64,000 nt of DNA from a virus. Lineage: Duplodnaviria > Caudoviricetes. A model generated the notes under the pieces. It had not been told where the DNA came from and searched no databases. It worked only from the letters and a program-made list of their open reading frames with translations. The stretch lies in IMG/VR virus record IMGVR_UViG_3300025087_000034; one strand, 5' to 3'. Below, piece after piece: positions 56,796 to 64,000 of this stretch; the stretch's first letter is position 1, and each line of letters begins with the position of its first letter. A program made the translations under genes and the position numbers.

Positions 56796-59700
56796 TGGTA
56801 AGCCAAACAGGTTATAACATAGTAAAGGAAGGAGACTTATATAATTCAGAGATTGCTACGTATTTTGTCTCTGTTTCTGGCTTAAGGTTTCTCTATGTTA
56901 ACCCATCAGAGGCGGTTTCGTTTGTAGTACCACAGGGCCGCGTATCCTCTTTAGACATAGTTTTTGGGGAATACTTTGATATAGACAATATAAAATGTTA
57001 CCTTTCTCCAATAAACTTGGGGGATATTAGTATAAGCTATGGCATCGAGTCTCCTTTAGAAAGCAGTGCTACAATATCTTCGTCCGGTACTTTTATTTAT
57101 GCAGATATAAAAAACGCCGTTGGTTTTTGTAGGATAACGTGCTCGGGTTCTGTTGACACCTCTGTTAGTAGCTTATTTGTTGAGGGTGTTCGTAACGAGT
57201 CTATGTATTTTGGTGTTCAGAATGCCCCTATCAGTATAACTAGTATAGGAAATTCCCCTATTGGGTATTATGGTTCTGCTTCTGAGATTTCTATATATAA
57301 TAAAGATAAGGCGTCCTCAAAGGCCCTGGTAGCCGTTGCTCCTACAGGGACCTATATAGATGAGTATTTGTATTTGGGGACTACCTCTTCTGGTCAGTTC
57401 TATGGTATAAACCAGCTGGGTATAACACAGCCTTCTTTTGATAAAATATTGACTACTCAGGATAGTTTCGTCTATTCCGACGAGTCAGGCCTTGTGAATT
57501 TGTGGGACATTGTTTCCACCTCCAGCTCGTATTTTACTGTAAATTCCGACAGCCTGTCTTTTGTGGCTTCTTTTATTAATGCCGATATACATGTGGCCAG
57601 GCCAGCTCATGGGTATAATGAGTCTAGTGTCTTAGGTTTAGTATGTAAGGATACTTTTACTACAGATCAAAGTTTTGTTGCCTCATTAAAGATAAAATTT
57701 ACTGATTCTTCTTTCGATTCTTATGATAAGTCTTGGGTTTATAAACCTAATAAATTTTTATTTGGTTTTACTAATAGCTTTCCTATTCAGGAGCCCTTGC
57801 TATCCTACTCGTCTTTAGACCAGGGGTCGTATTCTAGACAGGGAGGAAGTTTAGCCGCTGTTTGGGTTGGTGCTGACAATAAAGAGCAGGGTACCCTATA
57901 TGTTGGCGCGGCTGCTAATGATGGGGATTTTTCTAGTAATAATATACTTAGTTCTTTTGATGAAGTAAGAACTGTTCATAATGGTCACAGTATACTCTCT
58001 GCCTATAGTTTGGAAAGTATTTCTGAGTTTGTTCTTTATGAAGAAAATTATACAGACGGAACTTTGCAGGCTCCGTGGAGGACATTGAAGGTTTCGTATG
58101 ATCACCTTAGTGGCAAGGCAGTGTTCTTGTTCGACGGGGTTATTGTTGGGGAATATGTTTTTAGTTCCGGGTCTTTTTTTGAGGGTAGTAGGTTTTTCTT
58201 GTCTTTCGTGGGGTTTGGGGGTGCAGAAGTAGCGGTGAAGGATTTTTTTGTAAGCGTGGATGAGTACTTAACCTTGTATTCAAACCAGTCCTCTGCTACT
58301 GCCTATGGTTCTAAAGATAGCACACAACTACCGTACAAACTTGTGGATGGTTTTTATGACAATAGTAACTATAGCTCTGCTTGGGTTTCCTCTACGGTGC
58401 CCTCTCCTGCCAATTCTTTTTCTGTGTATTTTGGTGGTGTGTATAATGTAGAGGCTGTACGAATAAAGAGGGCCTCTGAAGGTAGCACCATTACTATTTC
58501 AGGCCTTTCTTCTTATACTCCTACGTCATCTGTAAAAACTTTGCAACTTAATTTTGACACAGGGGACCAGCGATACGTTTCTTTTAATAAGGAACCTTTT
58601 CTTATTGACGGGTGGGATATTGGTTATATGTATACAGTGTTCGGGGAAAGGTCTCCTGTTTTGGGGGCCTCATCTGTTACTGCTAATTTTTATCAGGTTA
58701 ATAGCCTAAGTGGTAATACTGGGTGTTTAGTTATAGACGAAGTAGAGTTTTTTACTGTTTCCGGTATTAGGTCGCTTCCATCTAGTAGTTATATAGATGA
58801 TAGTTATGGTTTTTTTTCCGGCCAAAAAAGAAATCTGTCTAAAACTTCTACCTCTCCAACTATGGTTATGGTAAGTAAAGATTTATACGATGTGTCTACT
58901 AATGAAATGTGCCATTTATTATTGGAGAATCGAGATTACGGGGGATCTTCTTTGGTATTTAACAATGACGACCCTTGGAAATATATAAATAGGACCTATG
59001 CAGAGTCTGTATTTAAGCGTGATGGAAGGGGCAGTGAGTGGGTGTTTTGTAGTGTAGAGGGCAATACAGCTTATATATGGAGACAGTTTGAGGAAGTTGT
59101 AGATTTAGGGGCCTTTTTTGTTAATTTTGTAAACTCTTCTAGTGATTATGGGTTGGGGTTTTCTGGAAGGCCCGATAGTTGGAAACTACAGTTTTTAAGA
59201 ATAGGAGGTGACCCGCTAACAGATAGTGACTGGATTAACATACCACCAGTTTCGACTTCGTATCACAGTGTCTCTGATTACAAAACCTATAGGGATAGGT
59301 TAGTTTCTAATAATGACGGAGAATACTATACTCTGTATTTGAACGCATTTGATGGTCTTGGCACAAGTGTGTCCCTTCCTTCGGATTTATTGTGTCGTCT
59401 TAATAGGGATAATAAGCAGACGTATTTATATAGTACAAGCGCAGAATTTTCTGCTTACGTCGAGTTTGATAGTGAGATAAGAACACAAGGTATTAGATTG
59501 TATATATCATATGGTTACACAACGACCAGCAGGGCAGTAGTTGCTTCGGGTTATTCTATGACAGGGTTTGTGGTTTATAGTAGCATGGCTGTTGGTTCGT
59601 ATACGTCCCCTATTTTTGATTTGGGTGGTAAACAAAATACGGAGAGGGTATTTGTTGATACTGTGCACAACGAAGGTAGCTCCTATATAATGTATAGGGC

Positions 59701-61927
59701 GGGGCCTGTTCCTCCAGAGTATAGTTATGATCCCAACTATGAGGAGTGGGAGGACCTGGGCTCTTCGTATGCCGGACTTTCTGAGTACTCTTCGGATCCT
59801 CTACGAGACGGCTTTGCTATGGTTTCTTATGGTAATTATATTTGTTTTATTGGTTGTACTAGCCCAGACGGTGAGGTGTATAGATATAATACCATTACTA
59901 AAAAGTGGGGAGTCGGTTTTTATATGCCAGAGGATGGTGGCGGCGTTGTATTGTCCCCTGATTTTAGAACAAGGAACAGTGTTGTTAACACAGGTTCCGT
60001 TATTCTTATGGCGGAAGGAACCGATGGTGGAGAGGGACTATATACTTCAGGTATTTATAAGTATAATCTAGTAGCTAATGAGTATGGGTATGATGGTTGG
60101 GAAGCTTTTCCTTCTCAACGTCAGGCCTCTGCATATTATGCGGGAATGGCCTATGACGGGGCTAACAAGTTGTATTTTGTTGGTAGGGATGGTACTATTA
60201 CTGTTTTTGATAGTCTTACTGGTGTAATAAATACAGAAGGAAGAGCAGAGGCGCCTCTTCATGGCCTTTCTTCTAGGGACTATTTTATACCAACTATTGT
60301 GGAAAATAGGCTGTTTGTTATAGGAGGCCATGCAGTAGGGTCTAGTGACTACTCTGATTCAGTAGCGACTGTAGATATTTATGATATCACAAATAACACT
60401 TGGTCTGAGGGTACGTCTGCTCCCTATAAACTCCCAACTTCTTGGTGTATTTTTTATAGTCCATATATATATGTTTTTCCATACGCACCTATGGGTTCTC
60501 ACTATAGCCCGTTCCTTAAATATGATATCTACGCGGACGAATGGACGGAGGTTGTTTCGTTGGGGTATAATCGTGCCACCCAGTTTCTTTATAATAATGA
60601 CGTGGTTGTTGGAAATAATCATTCACACGCATACTGTCTTTGTGGGGACTATATATATGGCTACAACTCTTTGTACGGGGATTTTAGAAGAGTAAAGGTT
60701 GGAAAGGAGGGGTGGGTTTCAGGGAAATTGCCGGATAAGGACTCTCATGAGTGGGGTGTTTTGGGTGGTATTCCTTGGGTAGAGTGTGCTATCAGTGGCG
60801 AAGTTATGCCTCAGGATAGGTATGCTCAATATAAAGCAGTGTTATCTTGTGAAGAGGGGTTACCAGGACCCTCCCTTAGATCTTCGTGTATTGTTAAGCC
60901 TCTTTCTATTGACGTTTCTATTAGTGGTACCACGAGTGTATTTGTAAAAACCGGAGTGTCCACTGAGTATGATGCAGAGGTTTGGTATGCTGGTAAGAGG
61001 TATAGGGACGTTGGTAGCACTACTGTATATTCCTCAATAATTTATGGTATTACTTCTGATAGTTTATCTATCAGTTCTTCTGTTCCTTGCGTAGATATAC
61101 ATACAGATACTATTTCTGGGGTTTTTTGTTATTTTGATCCTTGTGTTGTAAAAGAGGGGGACGATTATACTATGTGGGCTTCTCATGGTTTAGTAAACGG
61201 GGTAGCCACTATTTCCTATTCTAATATACATGTAATGTCTTCTGTGGTTGGGTACGAATGGTCTTCTCCTGTACATAGTATAGGAAGAGGTACTTTATCT
61301 CCGTATGATAGTAGCGGTGTTTATGGCCCCCACGTTGTGCACAATGATATATATGAGGTGTGGTATACGGCCCTTGATTCTTTGGGTGTAGAAAGGGTGC
61401 TAAGAGCCACTAGTATCGACGGTGTAAACTGGTATAATTTTTCACTGGTTCAGGATATTGGTACGGTAGGGCTTCAATATGAAGCAGACTCTAATGGCGC
61501 AGGCTCTCCTTCCGTTATTCTTTTGGAAAGCATATATCATATGTGGTATCATGGTAAGGATGTTTACGGGGTATACAGAATTATACATTGTGTTTCTTCA
61601 GATGGGGTGCTTTGGGGTGACCATGAGGTGGTTATGGTTCCAACAAGTATGGGTACATTGTATACGTACTGTATGAGTCCAAGGGTTGTATACGATAGGG
61701 GTGTGTATAAGATGTGGGTTATAGCTGGAAATGAGGGCAACAAAAGCGTGTATTATGGTGAGTCGGATGAGGGTTCTAGTTGGGGCAGTTTTATTTGTAG
61801 CATTCATAAGGGGGAGAACTATGACTACGACAACTTAGGGGTTGGTACCCCGTCTGTGACATTAAATAGACTATATGAGACACCAAATAGGGTTCTTTTT
61901 GGTAAGTTGAAGTTGTACAATGACTAA
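56795..61927 (+). CDS. Very large multidomain receptor-binding/depolymerase-like protein (1710 aa): discoidin-like, Kelch propeller and C-terminal GH43/GH32-like propeller
   Basis: PYKLVDG...AWVSS...VYFGGVYNVEAVRI (F5/8C-like). RLFVIGG...VDIYDITNNTWSEGTSAP and KYDIYADEW (Kelch). Blades DPCVVKEGDDYTMW, GPHVVHNDIYEVWY, SPSVILLESIYHMWY, SPRVVYDRGVYKMW. Confidence 0.6.
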   Translation: MVSQTGYNIVKEGDLYNSEIATYFVSVSGLRFLYVNPSEAVSFVVPQGRVSSLDIVFGEYFDIDNIKCYLSPINLGDISISYGIESPLESSATISSSGTFIYADIKNAVGFCRITCSGSVDTSVSSLFVEGVRNESMYFGVQNAPISITSIGNSPIGYYGSASEISIYNKDKASSKALVAVAPTGTYIDEYLYLGTTSSGQFYGINQLGITQPSFDKILTTQDSFVYSDESGLVNLWDIVSTSSSYFTVNSDSLSFVASFINADIHVARPAHGYNESSVLGLVCKDTFTTDQSFVASLKIKFTDSSFDSYDKSWVYKPNKFLFGFTNSFPIQEPLLSYSSLDQGSYSRQGGSLAAVWVGADNKEQGTLYVGAAANDGDFSSNNILSSFDEVRTVHNGHSILSAYSLESISEFVLYEENYTDGTLQAPWRTLKVSYDHLSGKAVFLFDGVIVGEYVFSSGSFFEGSRFFLSFVGFGGAEVAVKDFFVSVDEYLTLYSNQSSATAYGSKDSTQLPYKLVDGFYDNSNYSSAWVSSTVPSPANSFSVYFGGVYNVEAVRIKRASEGSTITISGLSSYTPTSSVKTLQLNFDTGDQRYVSFNKEPFLIDGWDIGYMYTVFGERSPVLGASSVTANFYQVNSLSGNTGCLVIDEVEFFTVSGIRSLPSSSYIDDSYGFFSGQKRNLSKTSTSPTMVMVSKDLYDVSTNEMCHLLLENRDYGGSSLVFNNDDPWKYINRTYAESVFKRDGRGSEWVFCSVEGNTAYIWRQFEEVVDLGAFFVNFVNSSSDYGLGFSGRPDSWKLQFLRIGGDPLTDSDWINIPPVSTSYHSVSDYKTYRDRLVSNNDGEYYTLYLNAFDGLGTSVSLPSDLLCRLNRDNKQTYLYSTSAEFSAYVEFDSEIRTQGIRLYISYGYTTTSRAVVASGYSMTGFVVYSSMAVGSYTSPIFDLGGKQNTERVFVDTVHNEGSSYIMYRAGPVPPEYSYDPNYEEWEDLGSSYAGLSEYSSDPLRDGFAMVSYGNYICFIGCTSPDGEVYRYNTITKKWGVGFYMPEDGGGVVLSPDFRTRNSVVNTGSVILMAEGTDGGEGLYTSGIYKYNLVANEYGYDGWEAFPSQRQASAYYAGMAYDGANKLYFVGRDGTITVFDSLTGVINTEGRAEAPLHGLSSRDYFIPTIVENRLFVIGGHAVGSSDYSDSVATVDIYDITNNTWSEGTSAPYKLPTSWCIFYSPYIYVFPYAPMGSHYSPFLKYDIYADEWTEVVSLGYNRATQFLYNNDVVVGNNHSHAYCLCGDYIYGYNSLYGDFRRVKVGKEGWVSGKLPDKDSHEWGVLGGIPWVECAISGEVMPQDRYAQYKAVLSCEEGLPGPSLRSSCIVKPLSIDVSISGTTSVFVKTGVSTEYDAEVWYAGKRYRDVGSTTVYSSIIYGITSDSLSISSSVPCVDIHTDTISGVFCYFDPCVVKEGDDYTMWASHGLVNGVATISYSNIHVMSSVVGYEWSSPVHSIGRGTLSPYDSSGVYGPHVVHNDIYEVWYTALDSLGVERVLRATSIDGVNWYNFSLVQDIGTVGLQYEADSNGAGSPSVILLESIYHMWYHGKDVYGVYRIIHCVSSDGVLWGDHEVVMVPTSMGTLYTYCMSPRVVYDRGVYKMWVIAGNEGNKSVYYGESDEGSSWGSFICSIHKGENYDYDNLGVGTPSVTLNRLYETPNRVLFGKLKLYND

Positions 61928-64000
61928 TCGGCTATATGATACCTCATACGTAGATGGCAGGGGTAACCAGGTGGTGTGGTCTAACGATACTAAGTTAGTG
62001 TCCTACTATAGCTGTGAGGGAGAGTCGTGGGATATTTATGGGGGTACCTCTTCAAGTTGGTACTTAGAAAATTATAGGCCTACCGATTTTTTCTATTCTA
62101 CAGATTTGGCAGATGATAAGTGGTCATATTTTTCTTATAGAGGTACTATTTCTGGGTCTGTTTCTAGTGGTTTGACTTTGGGTACTTATGGAAAAGAGGT
62201 TAGAGGAGGTGTGACTTCCTACGGAAAGTGGACTCTTTCAGGAATATTTGATATAAGACTTTACATTGATGAAAATTCTTATTATAATGAATATAGGAGT
62301 AATGTAGCTGTTGGTCTATCTGTTTCTAAGGATAGTTCTTATAAATATAGGGTGTCTAAGTATTTTGATGGGTCTTCTATAGGAGCTATGTCTCATTATG
62401 TAGAGGGTAAAGAACTAAAATATTACTCTTGGTTCAACAACGGTTCTTTTGTTTCTACTGAGGCTGATTCAAGTGTATCTTGTTTGAGGATCGTTCGTGA
62501 TGCCTCGGGGGTGTCCTCCTATGTAGATTACGGGGGCGGTTTCGTACAGGTCGGTAGCACGGTATCTGGGTTATGCTGGGAGAAGCCTTTGTATGTGGAG
62601 TTGGAGTTGGAGGCTGAGCAGGCTAATACAGTAGTGTGTAGGGTTGAGGGGGTGTCTATAAGCGGGTCCGTTATCCCCTCAACTATGTTTTCCTCAAAAA
62701 TACGTGGGGTTACACAGTCTTTTCCTGGTGAGACTATTTTTGTTGTTGATTCTTTGGGCTTATCTGTGGTGGACTTGTCAGACTCCTCCCTTTGGATGAG
62801 GTTTGATTTGGATAGCGGCGCTATGTTTAGAGACGTTGATTGTAAAATTTCGGCGGGGGAAGGAAAAATTTATTATACTTCCACACAAGGACTTAATTGC
62901 ATAGATTTTTCAAATGATACTTTTTATAGGTATATAAAAGGAAAGAAACAAACTAGTAGTTATTGTATAGTAGAAAGAAATTTTGATACAATTTTGTACG
63001 ATTCTATTAGTATGGATTTGCTTCCAGACAATCAGGTTAACGACGTATTTTTTAGGAAGTTTAATGGTACAGACTATTTAGCGGTCACTACTGTTAGTGG
63101 TTTGGATATACTAGTAGATGATTTTTCAGTATATAGTAGTTTAAATAGAAATGAAAATATATCAAATGTTTTTATTTCCCCCGCTGGGAAATTATTGTGG
63201 TCTTCTTATAGCCAGGACTCCAATACAGGAAAACTCTATGCTTTAGATGACATATCTGCTATACTTACTGGTGGTGGGGTGTTCAATTATTCAGTTTTTT
63301 ATGATTCTGATACTACCCCTATTTCCCTATCTTCTGAGAAAATAAATTCTATATTCTGTTCTATTGAGGGGGAGATAGTTTTAGCAAATGAGTTTGGAAT
63401 AGATTATATAAATAATAGTGGGTCAGTTTCTTTTGGCCCAATTAACTCTATTAATCCCTTAAGCAGCCCTTCTTTTGAATCGTTTTTAGGGGTTGATTGG
63501 CACTTGCTTTACTCTTCTGTTTTACCAAAGCCCCTGGTTTCCGTTTCTAGGTCTTCTTCTTGGAAAACTAATGGTAGTTATAGCTTAAAGCTTTCTTCTA
63601 TTAGTGGCGGTTACTATGTTTCTAATTATAGTGGTGGTGTTTATCAACAGGTAGATTTTTCATTAATAGATAAATTATATTTCGATATTAAGGTTGTGAA
63701 TACTACTGGTATTACCTCTAATATAGGGGTGTTTGAGGTTCTTTGTGGTGGGTCTGTTTTATTGTCTGTTAATAGTATAGAAGGCTCCTTTATAAAGTAT
63801 AATTATTCGATAGATTGTTCTTCTATTAATTCTGTAGGTCAGCTGGTATTTAGACTTAGATATCTTACTTCTATTGCAGGTGTTGGGGAACTTTCTTATT
63901 ATGTTGATAACGTAAGGGTATTTATAAAGGAACCAGACTATAATATAATACCAACTAGAACACATGAGGTTTTATCTGCAACTTTATTTGAAGCTTTAGG
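61920..64000 (+). CDS. Large virion protein, truncated by the window end (over 690 aa; MTNRLYDTSYVDGRGNQVVWSND...)
   Basis: Hand translation from ATG 61920, which overlaps the upstream stop, is open to the end of the window. S/Y/V-rich with propeller-like segments (LPDNQVNDV...YLAVTTVSGLDIL). Confidence 0.75.
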   Translation, partial: MTNRLYDTSYVDGRGNQVVWSNDTKLVSYYSCEGESWDIYGGTSSSWYLENYRPTDFFYSTDLADDKWSYFSYRGTISGSVSSGLTLGTYGKEVRGGVTSYGKWTLSGIFDIRLYIDENSYYNEYRSNVAVGLSVSKDSSYKYRVSKYFDGSSIGAMSHYVEGKELKYYSWFNNGSFVSTEADSSVSCLRIVRDASGVSSYVDYGGGFVQVGSTVSGLCWEKPLYVELELEAEQANTVVCRVEGVSISGSVIPSTMFSSKIRGVTQSFPGETIFVVDSLGLSVVDLSDSSLWMRFDLDSGAMFRDVDCKISAGEGKIYYTSTQGLNCIDFSNDTFYRYIKGKKQTSSYCIVERNFDTILYDSISMDLLPDNQVNDVFFRKFNGTDYLAVTTVSGLDILVDDFSVYSSLNRNENISNVFISPAGKLLWSSYSQDSNTGKLYALDDISAILTGGGVFNYSVFYDSDTTPISLSSEKINSIFCSIEGEIVLANEFGIDYINNSGSVSFGPINSINPLSSPSFESFLGVDWHLLYSSVLPKPLVSVSRSSSWKTNGSYSLKLSSISGGYYVSNYSGGVYQQVDFSLIDKLYFDIKVVNTTGITSNIGVFEVLCGGSVLLSVNSIEGSFIKYNYSIDCSSINSVGQLVFRLRYLTSIAGVGELSYYVDNVRVFIKEPDYNIIPTRTHEVLSATLFEAL

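Noticed and set aside
920-63965. Numerous 60-130 aa minus-strand and alternative-frame ORFs in the track
   Set aside because: All are nested in longer + strand genes that tile the window almost without gaps, and none shows protein-like motifs.

Overview
A gene-dense window with every gene on the + strand, from the virion morphogenesis region of a large tailed dsDNA virus (Caudoviricetes; host unknown). Gene order is: probable major tail protein, two paralogous tail-assembly-chaperone-like genes, a 3,587-aa TP901-type tape measure protein, small tail-tip genes, then about 35 kb of very large beta-rich proteins (Ig-like, LamG, discoidin, Kelch and GH43/32-like propeller motifs). The last gene runs off the window end. 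I recognised no sheath, capsid, tRNA, CRISPR or RT gene. Eight free-standing endonuclease genes are interleaved: one GIY-YIG and seven PD-(D/E)xK/Vsr-like nucleases fused to tandem zinc-binding repeats. The strongest candidates for novelty are: (1) a locally expanded family of modular nucleases built from 60-61 aa CHCC zinc-finger repeats with hypervariable positions; (2) a dispersed T-tract/CG-rich core/A-tract DNA motif, often inside coding sequence, that marks local flips from T-rich to A-rich composition; (3) a duplicated chaperone pair that may replace the usual G/GT frameshift; (4) a cassette in the tape measure C-terminus bracketed by a repeated motif. All product calls come from motif recognition by eye, not from database searches.
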